Shown here one piece after another: positions 14,469 through 28,258 of a stretch of DNA of 64,000 nucleotides. The notes beneath the pieces were generated by a model, which had not been told where the DNA came from, ran no database searches, and saw nothing but the letters and a program-made list of their open reading frames with translations. The DNA is from Amoeboaphelidium protococcarum X5 (lineage: Eukaryota; Fungi; Aphelidiomycota): positions 696,988 through 760,987 of the forward strand of contig JALDTO010000154.1 of the NCBI GenBank assembly GCA_023515725.1, in the 5' to 3' direction. Position 1 is the first letter of the stretch, and every line of letters starts with the position of its first letter. A program made the translations under genes and the position numbers.

Positions 14469-15713
14469 ATGAAATTTTAGAGAATACCTTTAGTGAAGGC
14501 CATTGTACTTGTGGGATCGTTGTTGTTTCATGTCAGCGCACAGGTGTCATTTTCGATGGAGTCTAGCTCTAATGGAAGAAAGGTGTCGCGTCATGGTCAC
14601 CTCAATGCCGGTGAAAGTGAATATCTGAAGATGGAAAGCGGTAATGGTGGCCCACTTAAGATGACTTAATCAGAGAATTCATAGTATTATATTGATGGTG
14701 AGACGTATGACAGCAAAGACGATTATGATAAATGGGTAGATCGCGCTTACAGAGATGATGAAGATTATTATTCTGGTGGTAAAGATGATGGTCATAGACG
14801 GAAGCCATTACAGTAGTCCGAAAGGTTCAGAAGTGATAAAGCTGATAGTGGAAAAGCGTAAGTGCCATCTGCAAAGGAGGCCAGTGCAATGCCAAAGAAT
14901 TACGCGAAAGATCATCATTTCATTCCAATGATGCAGTATGATCAGCAGGGAAATCTGCTCTCCAATGGCGCGAATGATAGTGATAAACAGGCACAAGACG
15001 GTGCGAATATCTTCATGGGAGTCCTTATCATGCTTACTGGTTTGGTGTTCCTATTCTTTGGTAGACGTATGTTTAAGCCTGCTCTATTTCTGGCTGGATT
15101 TTACGTGTTCGCCGGTCTAATGTATGTTATCCTTGTACATATGGAGACATTCAAGAAGGATGGGTAATCAAATTGGGGATCTAGCCGTACAACAATTTAT
15201 ATTTGCTCTTCAATCGCTGCCGGAATTGTCGGGGGGTTTATCCTTAGTGCTTTCTGGAAACTAGGACTTTTTGCAATGGGCGGACTTGGTGGATTCACTG
15301 TTGCCATTTACATCATGTCCTGGTCATCAAAGACTCTGATCTAGAATGATAGCGGTAGGACCGTTTTAATTGTGTTCCTCTGCGTCATTGGAGGCATCAC
15401 GGCCATGTTTTTTGAGAATCACTTGATAATCATCTCGACTAGTTTTGCAGGTGCATACGGTCTAATGTATGGCGTGGATACATTTTTGAATTCAGGTTTC
15501 CGTAATGCTGCGTCATCAATACTACGCGGACATCCCGCTGATTATCAGATTCATGATTCGCGAGTGTACACTCTACTTGGTTGCATGTTGGCCTGCTTTG
15601 CTGTAGGACTTGCCGTCCAATACGGATGGACATCTAGAAATGCAGAGCCTGTATCTGTTCGCCGTAAGTAAGAGTACAAAGTGCCTCAACGTAACAAATA
15701 TGAGCAAATCTGA
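14469..15713 (+). CDS. TMEM198/DUF4203 multi-pass membrane protein with signal peptide
   Basis: Signal peptide, hydrophilic ectodomain, then GLVFLFFGRRMFKPALFLAGF...IISTSFAGAYGLMYGVDTF...GLAVQY. Confidence 0.75.
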
Positions 15714-15804
15714 GACCTTACATCAAGCTGCTGATTATAATTAAAAGTGAATGATTATTAAAAATAGAAATAGTTTAATGATAGAAATTTCATTTATCAA
15801 AAAT

Positions 15805-16758
15805 TCAAACTTGGTTTAGATAATTACTTGGAGCGATACCAGTGGTTCCATCCTTCTTCTTCACCTACCACCACTTTCCATTGTTGTCGAGCACGTCAAG
15901 TACTTCACCCTTCTCGAAAGAGATCTCATTAGGATCCGACGGATTAGCAGCGTAACTGTAAAGAGCTTTAGCTTGAAGCATCACGCTGGCTCCAGCAGAA
16001 GATGCACCCACAGGCATTGCAGAGTTTCTGGCACTATCAGTCACAGCTTCACTAACAACGCTCGGTACTTTGGGATCAACCACCACAGAGTCCACCCGCT
16101 AATCTGCACCGTAAGGATTTCCACCGTAAACTGAATTTGTAGGCCTCGATGCAGATGGATCATTCAACTACTACTATGATCCACCAACATCATTACTATT
16201 AGGCATCCTACTACCTGAAGCAACCGCTGACCCAGAGAAAGGCCTTTCAATCAACCAAGACAGACTGTCAATACCAAGTATAATGATCCACTAAAAGTAG
16301 ATAATCACGCACATTATTGCACCAGCCAGGAAAGCTTGGTTATTACTTCTTAGACCATTAAACTACGATTAAGCGTTAGTAGGAGCATTAGCAAGGGCAT
16401 TACCGATGGCGACACTTCCAGACATGCTGTTGGTCAGGTAACTGACACAGAGGATAAGAAACACCGAAAATAGTAACCGAGATTGAGTGATCAGAGGCAA
16501 TTTCTTGGTGCGATCAGTAAGCGCCAGTGATGCAAGCAATGCAATGATAACAAAGAATTAAAACCACAGCGACCACCAGCTGTAACCATTAGCCACAATA
16601 GCAGCACTGCCTCCAACTGCAGCATCCGCCGCATTTCCGCTACTTGCTCGATTAACTTGGCTCTGTAGCGCAGCCAGACCAGACAACTGAACAACCCAAC
16701 CAACTAAAACCACACAAATAGATAACAGCCAGTACAGCATTGATGTTGATGTATTCAT
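15805..16758 (-). CDS. SHO1: Sho1-like 4-TM osmosensor with C-terminal SH3
   Basis: Four hydrophobic segments, then SH3 [36 protein letters not shown](TAG)[11 protein letters not shown]. Confidence 0.8.
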
Positions 16759-17247
16759 TATAGTAACAGGAATATATTTATATTATAATTTTATTTTATT
16801 ATTGAATAGACGAGGTAAAATGCAATTCTCTTATTCTTTATGAAGATATTATATTAAGACTCAGCAGTTAACAAGGAGGATTATCAGATTATCTAAGTGT
16901 TGATACTTTCAATGAGGGAATAAAAGCTAGTATATAATTAATGAGAATATAAAATCTGCAGAGTATTTCCTAATCTTTACACGTAATATAAAGAGAAACT
17001 AAAGGCAAACAGAGAGAGAGAGAGAGAGGGAAAGTGACGCACGCAATTCAAGCGTGATCTTTTGATGAAACGCCGTTGAGCAATTCCACACGCGCGTTCG
17101 TTCAGAGTGATCATTCTCTCGTCCAATCACCGTTGCGTCCGTTTAACACTGTCGTAACACCAATCAGCAGGAATGACCAGATTGATGTAACTATTCATTT
17201 ACACTTGACTTTATTATTATTATATATTGATTGATGATTGATCGAAT

Positions 17248-18949
17248 ATGGGTAGGGACAGTAAGAAGAGCAGCGCAGCGAAAGGCAAGTCGTAGTAGCA
17301 GGTTCTAGTTGATGTTCAAGGGGATCTTGCTCAGTCCTTTGTGGTTGTTCCGACAGAGTAAGTTTTTTACATTTCAGGTTCTTAACCGTTCGCCATTGCT
17401 GAGCTATTTAAGTAAGTATGTAGTCCGTAGAGTAGTTCGCTGACAGTTCTGGATAACAGAACGGGTAAGAGCTATCAGATACCTATTGATAATGGTCATG
17501 TGAAGGCTACTGATTTTGAGCAAATAAAGAAGAGTTCCGACGATCAGGATGGACTGCGACTGTATGATCCGGCTTATCAGAACACTGCAGTGGCCAAGTC
17601 TGCTATAACTTATATTGATGGTGACAATGGTATTCTCTTGTATCGCGGTTATCCGATTGAGGAGTTGGCGGAGAAGAGTAATTTCTTAGAGGTTGCATAT
17701 CTGCTCATCTATGGTCAATTACCCGACTAGGTGCAATACCAGGCTTGGAGTTCAGAGATTCTGCGCCATACGTTTGTCCACACTCGCCTGGCAGACTTGA
17801 TGAGTAACTTCAACTATGACGCGCATCCTATGAGTATGTATATTTCTGGTATTAGTTCCATGTCTGCGTTCCATCCTGAGGCTAATCCTGCTCTTCAAGG
17901 CAATGATTTGTATAAGAAGAATCCAAAGATTTTGAACAAGCAAATCTTTCGCATTCTAGGTATTTCTATTATTCTAATACATTAAATTTAATCAATCATT
18001 ACTCTTTATAATGTGTGTAGGAAAAGCTCCAACGTTGGCTGCAATGTCTTATAGACATAGAATTGGTCGCCCGTACAATTTGCCCAAAAATGGTTTGGAT
18101 TACACTGAGAATTTCTTGTACATGCTTGACCATCTAAATGAGGAAGAGTACCGTCCAAATCCTCGTCTGGCCCGAGCTCTTGATATCCTATTCATTCTGC
18201 ATGCTGATCATGAGATGAATTGCTCCACCGCTGCCATGAGACATATCAGCTCAAGTCTGGTTGATCCGTACAGTGCCGTGGCTGGTAGTTGCGCCGCTCT
18301 GTATGGTCCACTGCACGGCGGTGCCACTCAGAGTGTTGTCTTGCAGTTGATTGAAATTGGATCTGTGGATAATGTGCCACAGTTTATTGAAGATGTGAAG
18401 AATAAGAAGAGAAAGCTGATGGGGTTCGGTCATCGTATCTATACCACTTTCGATCCTCGTAGTAAGATCATTCGCCGTCTTGCTTATGAAGTTTTCGAGA
18501 TTGTTGGCAAGGAGCCTCTGATTGATATTGCATTGAAGTTGGAAGAGGCCGCTCTGAACGATGAGTACTTTATCAAGCGTAAATTGTATCCGAATGTCGA
18601 CTTCTATTCTGGTATCATTTACAAGGCGATGGGCTTCCCGCTGGACTTTTTCCCCGTCCTATTTGCCATTCCTCGTATCTGCGGCTACTTGGCACATTGG
18701 AAAGAATCTTTGGAGGATCAGGGTGGTAAAATTTGGAGACCAAGACAGGTGTATGTTGGTGCTCAGCGTAGATCTTATCAGCCACTGGAGTTGAGAGAGT
18801 CTGCACGTCAACCTAACCAGCCGGATAGTGCTTACATCAAGACTCTGGCTGATCACCATCCATTCTCAAAGCGCACCATGGCTGCTTCGTGGGAAGGAAA
18901 TGGGAAGAATGGCGCCATTGCTGGTGGAAAGTAGAAGAGTAAGTTGTGA
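17248..18949 (+). CDS. Peroxisomal (bacterial/plant-type) citrate synthase with C-terminal PTS1 SKL; intron 17960-18020, probable in-frame intron 17358-17423
   Basis: [59 protein letters not shown]. Ends GGK-Q(TAG)-KSKL-TGA. Confidence 0.92.
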
Positions 18950-19023
18950 GAAAATGTCGACAAGTGATACTTGTGATAATGGATTAATGTCAATCATCAT
19001 TAATATGTCAGTCAATCAATCAA

Positions 19024-20755
19024 TCAATCTTGATATCTATCGTCGGGTTACAATTCTTCAAGTTCAAAAGATTCATTACGCCGGATGCTCTATTATCGTT
19101 ATAAGTTCTAATACCTTCTGCGACCTTTATATTGCTTGTACTTTTTCCAGATGTAGACACATATAGCAGACAGAATCGCAATAAGAATGACTACATACAA
19201 GGCTTGGAATTTCGATAGACTACTCTCATCTTTGAGATGACGTTCAGAATCTTTGATTTTAGGATGGTTATTAGCTTTACCAACAATGATAGAATCATTA
19301 AATGAATTCCCACCGTGAAGACTTTCATTTACAAGCCTCAACAGTGCACCACCCTGGTCATAACCAAACATATGAGACGCATTATAAACTCTATAATAGC
19401 TAAGATTTCCATTACGGAATCCAGCTCCATCTTGAGCATTCCATTGTTAAAGCGAAATAGATGACTTCTTTATATGATTAACCAAGCTAGCCTCCACGCC
19501 TATATAATTACAAAGCATATCCTAATCTCCAACTGCCACTACAATTCTCATCTATCGTAGAAGCTTAGGGAACATGTTAATAGTTGGACCAGATGAATCA
19601 TCTTTAAGTGCAGCGTACACTAAGTTAGAAGACTCTCCCCATAACCCCGGATAATCGACAGCGTTTATGGCATCAACCACAGAGGAATTCTAGAGAAATC
19701 GTTGCATAGCATCAACTTCAGGCGGCCAGTCCATACCGTCTTCATTTCCCCTAATCCTTATGTCATACGCATTCAAGTAGTTGGAAGCATTAAGAGATTA
19801 TTTATTGAGTCTCAGAATTAGATTAGTAACTTCATCACAAGTTCTATCAGTGACTTTCACAGTAGTTTAGTTTTTCATGCTCGGTTATTTTAAGCATTAA
19901 TTTTGAGCATCTGCAACCTTTTACAGATCACTCCCAGATACTATACCATGCTATTTTGCATAATGATAATAAGAGGCATACTATCTCAATGGATCCAACC
20001 ATGGATTAGTCAAAATCAATCCCTACAAGTTACTATTATAGTGATAATCTTCCAACATACAGTACACATCTCACAACATATTATTACCTCAAGTTGTATG
20101 CCCAATTGCTTAAACTTAACAGACTATAATAATTACTGCGCAAAATATGGGATGTAAACACCAGCATACGATTCTCCAGCTATCCATAACCGTTTGAACC
20201 CCAGTCGTGCGAATATACGAAAGAAGTGGAGCATAAATAGCTCAAACTCAGCAGCAGCCGTAGTGACACCATTCATCAATCCATTTTCAGTATCGGACAC
20301 GTAAGAGAATCCTGTGCCCACCGGCTAGTCAACGTACATTACACTGGCGAGTTGAGTGAGAGACCACGGATTGGGAACGATAGTGTGATTGACTGTAATC
20401 CTGAACGGGCCATTCTCCAGAAGCACTCCATCCATCGAACTAACTCCAGGACCACCATTCAGCCATATGATAAGTGTATCATTAAGTGTACCACTAGGTT
20501 CTACACTGACTCAAACATATATAAATTAAAGGTTCAAATATGAACTCAAAATTAGATCATCATACTGGATTGAAAGAGCCAAAAGAACAAGTGACCATCA
20601 TGAATGTCATCAACTTCCAGATGACCAGCATACTGAGCGTGAAATAAGCCATTTGACTGCAGACCAACACTACTCAAGCCAACACGTCGCTGAGTATTGT
20701 TGTTGTTGTTATCATTATAATCAGGGAGTAGCAGAAAGTCATCTATCCGTTTCAT
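19024..20755 (-). CDS. KEX1: Serine carboxypeptidase S10, Kex1-like with C-terminal TM; intron 20501-20565
   Basis: WLNGGPGVSSMDG, YVDQPVGTGFSY, GESYAGVYIP (Ser), GDQDMLCN (Asp), ASHM (His), TM plus cytosolic tail. Start uncertain. Confidence 0.8.
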
Positions 20756-21321
20756 CTTTATCGATCGGTGTTCAGGAAAGAACAAAAAGTTTCGAAACAC
20801 GTCGCATTCATCAGTTGATTATTGAGAGTGAATTTACAGCGTACAATAAACGTTCGAATGGGCTGGACTGTGAGAGCTTCGCGTAAAGTGAAACATCGAC
20901 TTACTGCGCGTGTTTCGTTTGAATAAGTTATTTCAATTGCTCAATAAGTTTATGTCTTAAACTTTAAGCCATTCATTCAATTAAGTAATTTTATGACAAG
21001 ACTCTGTGGAGACTTGAGCTCTTGGTCATACGACTTTTTATGGATTGGTTATTGGTAGTATATTTCATTGCTCATGCATAGACATCCAACCGAAGTCGTT
21101 TCATTCCAGAACTTGGTTTTCCATCGGCCGATCGGATCAGAGTCGCGAAGAACAACGCGGGGCTTTTTTAATGTTTTTCGTTCCTTTCTCTTTCCTCTTA
21201 CTCTGTTCAGTCTTTATTCTCTCACTCTTTACCGGTCATTTTAGAACACACACACACACATCCTCTCGCGTAAACTCTTGAGATAATCAAATAAAAGACA
21301 ACAACAATTCTTATAGCACAG

Positions 21322-23133
21322 ATGCAGATTGATTCAGATGCTATATTGAGAAAAGTGCTGAAAGCCTAAAGTACCATGCTTAAATAATAACACCGTCGTA
21401 CTGATAATGATGATGATGATCTTGAAGCTGGATTGTAGGGTAGACGAGAAATTGCTGAGCCTGTCAAGCATGCGGTAGATATTCAGCGCGGCGTTGAAGG
21501 TGTAATTAGCGTTGTTGGAGGTAGTATGTACAAAGATGGTGGGAAATCTATTGAACAGGTAAATGAAAAGAATATGCACAACTCACACGAGAGTATGATG
21601 AAAACAGTTGATGATGATAATGCCGATCTTGGAGACGTGGATAAGAGATAGATTGAAAGTATGCGCCATTCTTCCACTCGCAATCATGAAAATGGTAATT
21701 CTTCTTCTGCTAGTAACCATCATTTTGATAATTAATCGTAGGATCAAGGTAAAGCGGTATCGAAGAATTTGTCTTTGAAAGACAGAGATAAGTCTCATCC
21801 TATAGATGATAGAGCTGCTAATGCTTAGATGATGCGCGACAGTGGTCATTCTCAGTATGGTACCAGATATGACTACGACTGTTATAACCAGGACCGTTAG
21901 CAAGGTTATGGTCACCCATTTTCTTATGGTCAAGATTATTATTAACGACGTGATTATCACCGCGGCCACGGATACCCTCAGTAAGATTATGCATCATCAT
22001 ACTACTAGTAGCACTACTATGAGTAACCATATGGTGGTATTTACGGCAGTGAGAGATAGAATAGTAGAAGTCAGAGCAGATCCGCGTCTCGCCACAATAG
22101 CAGAGATTACGGTGACAAGTCGCGTTATGATCCTTACTCGAGACCTCCAGTTGATTCTGGACGTGGTGGTGAATATGGAGCATCCGCGCTTGGTGAGAGA
22201 CGCGAAAGTAGCATTAATAGACACAAGTCTTCCGAGAGATCCAAACCAAAGTCGTTGTAATAGGAATTGGAGAAGCTAACTCGCACAGTCGGTATTCACA
22301 ATTTGAATAAGAGAGTCGGCGCTGAGGATTTGATTGACTTCTTTGCCAAGCATCATATTGGTCACATTGTAGATGCGTAGATTGTGAGAGATTCACGTAG
22401 CGGTGCATCTAAAGGCATTGGGTATGTTGAATTTCAGTCGGTGGATTCTGTAGGGAAAGCTGTCGATCTGGCTGGCCGTGAGATTATGGGGAATCGATGC
22501 ATTATTCGTCGCACTGACAATGAGAGATCGCTGCTGATGAAGTAGATTTGTGAGAATCCAGATGCACAGATTCTACCTGGTCTCTCTTTGAATGCTGATA
22601 TTAAATCTGTTGATGATTTATCGTTGACTGCAGGCGCTGTTGATAGTGCATAGCGTGATTCCAGTGGGTCTGGTGAGTAAAAGTCTCTTAAAGTTGAACA
22701 TTTGCATGAGGCTTTGTCAGAACAGGATGTTGAGGCCATCTTTGGTGAGTTTGGCCCTGTTGAGAAGATTCAACTATCAGAATTAAAGACTGCTGGTGGT
22801 ATGAGCAGTGGTGGAAGTTCATCAGCTCGTGTATTTATTGTAACATTCCAGAAGGGGGATGATGCCAAGATGGCCATTGAAGGTCTCAATGGATTTGAAC
22901 TGGCTGGATAAAAGTTGAAGGTTACCTGGTAGAATAGTGTTAATACATCCTCAAAGCGTAAAGGCAGTAGTATTAATGCAAGTGATAGTAGCAAGCGTAG
23001 ATTTGTCAGTATCGCTGCTGATAAAAATGGACCTGGATAGAATGAATCTGATATTGAAGATGAAGAGGATCAAGTATTAAGTCGCCAGGAGATTATGAAG
23101 AGATTAGTGGTGGCTAGAGAGCATGGGAATTGA
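21322..23133 (+). CDS. RBM39/RBM23-like splicing factor (RS/Y-rich N-terminus, two RRMs)
   Basis: RRM1 RTVGIHNL..IVRDSRSGASKGIGYVEF. RRM2 ..IFGEFGPVEKI..AIEGLNGFELAGQKLKV. Confidence 0.75.
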
Positions 23134-23177
23134 GATTACCCTACTGTTATCATATAAACATTTTTATTGTACTTTCA

Positions 23178-24131
23178 TCATTACAGTTTCTTTAACTTTC
23201 TGGCCAGAAAATCGTCATACTACTTCTGTCTAACAGTAGAACTTGCAGGCCGTTTACGGTTGAAATTCTAAACATTACTGTTAAGTTCGGCTACTTTACT
23301 ATCATCGCTTGCCTTAATCTATTGTGTCTGCTTATCTTGGTAAAATAAATGAGAGCTTCTATCACGCGACCTTGGAGTCTCAATATTATGATCAGTCGAT
23401 ATTTCTATATTACGATCAATATCATTAAAGACCTCAGATCCATTACTTTTATCAGGATTTCTATAAGACATCTTAAATAGAATAGAAGCGCATGATGAAC
23501 AGACGCGCAACTTTACCAATACCAACTTCATATTTAATTCTGAGCCATTTGTACTGGATACTGAAGACGGATCATTAGTAGTAGTGGTAGTAGTAATGGC
23601 CGAAGTCTTATCCCTGTATTAAAAGGGAACTTCATAAGTGGATAAACCAGTAGTAGAGTCGCAAGAAATATTCCCACAAATCCGCTCACCTTTACCAGAT
23701 TTAACTTCATCTTTAACGCGCCATCGCAGAGGTATCTACTTTTATCCACCATTTTAGATAAATAGCTAAACATCAGTGAGACAATACTCTTTGTACAGCA
23801 TATCATTATACTTTTTCAGAGCCTTCTTTTCATAATCTTCGGAATTAAGCTATTACTTGGAAGACTAGATATTTCCCCTGGTAGATTCAACATTATAATT
23901 ATCGTCATGATCATCTTCCACAAATTTAATCCTGTCGCGTATTAGATCATAATCAGTGATGAGGTCTCTGCGTTCATCGTTTTTGTCTCCATGGTGGCCA
24001 TAGTAAATCATTCGATCCAGCTTGAAATCTCTATACTATTAATTAGCATTAGTAAATGACGTTTGCTATTGTGCAAGAGCATTATACTTTCGATCAGATG
24101 TCTAGCTAGATACTTGTTTAGAATTACTCAT
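23178..24131 (-). CDS. FRA10AC1-like spliceosome-associated protein
   Basis: YEKRLLKKYNDMLYKEYCLTD, LRWRVKDEVKSGKGERICGNISC, YEVPFQY, LVKLRVCSSCA. Confidence 0.8.
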
Positions 24132-25036
24132 TAGAGTTTAATTAATGGCGCGTTGACACTAGAGAAAGGGAGCTTTCAATCAATCAGTTCTCTCTCGGAA
24201 ATCAAAGTACTAGTGTACTTTCTTTGGTTCTCAAATCGGGCTAGGGTGAATTGGTCGAGCCAGAGCAGATTGATCCCACTCTGGAGATTGCATTCGACGA
24301 CGTGATATAGTTCAGCGCGAAAATCAGTAATTTGAGTAACCAGCATGGATCTTACAGCGAAGTCATATCATTACTGGAGTCATTGCGTATTCTGGAAGCT
24401 CCTTGTCAATCTCTCATACTTCTGTGACTTGAGTTTCAGATGAAATTGAGCAAAGTGATGTGGTTGAGAGCGACGAAAGTAATGGCGAAGAATGTTAACA
24501 TTCTCAATTTGGCATGTTTCCAGAGTATCAATGTGTCTAGTGTTACTAAATCGCATGCTCTGAGCATATTTGTGTACATGGATTGGAAGCACAGACATGT
24601 CTGCTATTATAACTCGATGGTCACGTCTACCGTACTCAATACTGTCTATTGTAAACTGTATAATTGTATAATTGTGATAATATTTTAATTAATGCGTATT
24701 CAGGCTACCCAAAATTGGTCAAGTTTATTCTATTTCTTTAGATCCCTTTCATTACTATATAGTAGTATTGGCCGAAAGTTAGCATACAGAATTACTTGAG
24801 GCAATCAGCGAATGCGCAGAATCAGTTCAAGAGGTGTGTGAGATCAGTCTAGTTTCTACGATATCCTACAGGGAATTCTAATATTTAGAATGTAACAGCG
24901 CACTGAGTAGGCAGCATTAAAACACTTGAAAACTACTTGAATATACTATATTAACCATACTGAATTACCTGAAGCAGCCAGCTGCACAGCATGCTATTTT
25001 GGAGTTGTGAGTGAGTAGTTCTAGAAGTGCTAACAC

Positions 25037-26161
25037 TCATTCATCACTTAATTTAAGTTGCAGCATTTAAATGAGACGACCAAATTACTGGTTAATAGTA
25101 TGGCATCGGCAGGTTCCAGAACCGTCAGCATTCCCATCAGAATTTTTCCATGGTGCTATTAGTATGAAGCCTTAATAATAGAGCAGACCTGTAAGTAAAG
25201 AGTAACAAAAGGCTAAGTACGAGTATATTCCGTACAGTGAAGAAACCATAGTATACAGCCAAGAGCTTTTATGGAGCTCTTGGCCTCTTAATTACCGATA
25301 TTACTTAAATAATGCTTAAGTAAAAGAAAATAACCTGTTCATGAGTTGTGATGTTCTTGTAAACAGAGAAGTCTGATTGGCTCGTGATTTCTGATATTAA
25401 TCTGGATTGACATTACCATCTCCGAAATTCCTTTCAATGTCCACCAAGATAAGACGCAAATATTCTTACGTCAACAGCGATTATAGAGAAGGATTCAGGT
25501 CCTTCTATTGAAAAGTATTGTCAACGCGCTCTTAAATCTGGCGAACAAGCCAACTCTCTGCTCCTTGCATAATTCCGTTAATCTTAAACATAGAGGCATC
25601 AAATTATTGCAGCAGAGTTGGGAGATTTTATTGTTGTTCCACAATCAGTGCCGTATGATCATTTTTAACGGTTGTTGGCCGGAAGTCTTTTGGTACGTCA
25701 CCAGAAACAGACGATTCAATACGCTCAACCATTTGATCAGCGCGATGGGTGGAAGATGTACTAGAAGATGGCAAAGACTATTTTGCAAATTACAAGAATA
25801 CGTTCTTCTCCAATACTGCCGTATAAAATGGCACCAATACAGCAACATGGCAATATTGCTTAGACAGCTCAAGTTCTTCGCGAATCGTTTCAGACTTCTT
25901 ACCGCAGAGAGACATTAATTGATCATCAACAAGACTGATCTACAGATTTAATCTTCTGTAATAATATTTGCCAAGTGATGAATCCTGAGCGTCTTCAGTA
26001 AAGAAACCATCTTTGATTACTGCACCATTCGCTTGAGTAACATTTACAAATTACGCGTCATCAAATGCTTCGTACTAAATCAAACCAATGCCGTATTTGC
26101 GAGTCAGTGCGTGTCCCAGCATCAAGGCCGTTCCAAATTCCTTATCCTCTTGTAACACCAT
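25037..26161 (-). CDS. Hypothetical protein (~374 aa) with C-terminal hydrophobic segment
   Basis: Open frame under TAR=Gln. No family recognised; boundaries uncertain. Confidence 0.45.
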
Positions 26162-26854
26162 ATTTAAAGAATAATATACAACTTTAAATAAACCAAATAG
26201 AAGACTAGAGAAGTGAGAAGAGAATACGATAAGTACTGAAAGTTATTAGAATCGACGATACAGTAGTGAATGAAGTAAGAGTGGTGAAACGACTTTTTGA
26301 AACAGAATTGAATGAAACGATCATGCTCTTTGCACAAATAGAGTAACGCGTCATAGTGGTGGGTTAAGTTGGTCCTGGAATGCGGATTTAAGCATAGAGA
26401 AAACGAACAACATAAGTCACTATCACAGATGTATAAGAGAATGTCTTCACGTTTGCCAACGGGTGGTGCAGTCCATCCGATCTTTTCTCTTATTGCTAGC
26501 GTGTACATGGAATTCGACTGCTCTCTCACAATGCCACGAAACATGCTGCGCGTTCACTAAATGCTTTGCGGGATTTGGTATGCTCAATTTTATGCATCCA
26601 AGTGGTTTTCAAGTGTGCTTAAGCTGCCTACTCCCTCCATTGTTACATTCTAAAAATTAGAATTTTTCAACAGGATACTCTAGAAACTTGATAGCTCTCT
26701 CATAAAATCATTGCTCATGCTGCGCGTTCGCTGATTCACTATGCTAAATAAGGTATGTGCAAGTATTATAGTTTCCTATAGATTGAGGCCGCGTATCCAA
26801 CTTTAAAATCAAAGTATAAAAGGCATGTAATACTCCTAGTACTCAGATATAATT

Positions 26855-28102
26855 TCAATTCCAATATTTGGAAAAGATCAGACTCTCTTCACTCTGAACG
26901 TTCTCTTGATCAGACAGCTGTAAGGACTTTGCAGCCAGACGACCACGCTCCACCGTGACTTTCTGCTATGTCTTTTAATCAATAGCCTCAATCATCACTC
27001 TCTCCTTCTTGACGAATGCACCAAAAGCGATTTCAGGCCTAACAATATAGCATCGTTTCCTATCATCTCCACTCGACTCCTAATCAATATCATAAGCATA
27101 TACCCAAGTATGGTCACATCCTTCTCCGCAATCAACAACCACATCTTTCTATGTCTTCATCGAGCCAGAGAAACGGCCCAAGATGTCGAGATTATACTCT
27201 TTCCAGATCAAATTACAAATCACACTTCGATCCATGCCTGAACATTTCTTATGGCCATACACGAATTATCCAACTCTATTTACCACATTACGTTCGCCAT
27301 CAAATCGCTACCTCCACCTGAGAATGTTGGCCACTTCATTTGCGCTAGTTACAGTGTAAGCTCTCGCGTCAAAATGCGCCAAGTGCTCAGCTTTAGTGAA
27401 AGTTGAAGTTTTCAATCGCTTGTACCCGGTGGCTCCAACATCAGTACCGGCAATCTTCTTATTATTATTACCCACAGGTTCAAACTAGATATCATCAAAA
27501 GCGTGATCATTATGGAAATGATAATTGAATCTCTGAGTGGCATACGCAGCGCTGATAGAAGTTATCTTGCTCATGCGCCCACTATAAATGTGAGTTCTCT
27601 TTTTATACTAACAAGTTGGATCGCGTTCTCTCAACGTGGAATACATCACATTGTCCTAATCTTGAACATGATACTCAGCTTTCTTCTATACATCGCTATT
27701 GGCAGCAGCAGATACTTAGACGCATTTAAATTCAGCAGGCGGGAGGACAAGTGTGATCTCATCAGAAGTTGTGTATCCAATACAAGCATTAAAGTGATCA
27801 ACCATATCAAGGGCAGTCTGGATCATACAGCGTGTAAAACGATTATCAAACGCCCTCTTTCCCTCTTACTCTCGCTATTACAGCAATACTAGCAAAGGAT
27901 CATCTTTATCCTACTATCCAGATACTTATGAGGAAGAGGATGATTGATTCTACGCTGGCGATACATTTAACAATGGCTTGGTGAAGCTTTTAAATCCGCA
28001 GCCATCCAATCGTATCACTATAGGAAGATGAGGTTCAAATATAAAATCGAACGTCTTTTCCACATTCTTTACCTATGCCGTAATCTTTTACCACTTGCTC
28101 AT
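26855..28102 (-). CDS. Thg1-family 3'-5' nucleotidyltransferase (Thg1-like protein, TLP)
   Basis: IVIRLDGCGFKSFTK, GYTTSDEITLV, YSGRMSKITS, FDARA, WRQ(TAG)RFD, GAFVKKE. Confidence 0.85.
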
Positions 28103-28258
28103 ATCTATTTACTACTCTGAATTGTATATTATAGTTTGCCCGTCGCTATAGCACTGATAGGGGAAGGGGTGAAAACTGTTAAAAAGATAACTCGCAGAGG
28201 ATCTTTAAAGATCTATAGCGAAAAAGCAAACTGCTTTAGAATAAACTATTCAAGCAAT

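Noticed and set aside
24150-25030. Possible gene with Cys motifs on the plus strand
   Set aside because: The frames I examined are interrupted by TGA, and I found no start or family. Unresolved.
25037-25040. Bacterial-style ATGA stop/start overlap on the minus strand
   Set aside because: The downstream frame closes after about 70 codons with no recognisable protein. Likely chance.
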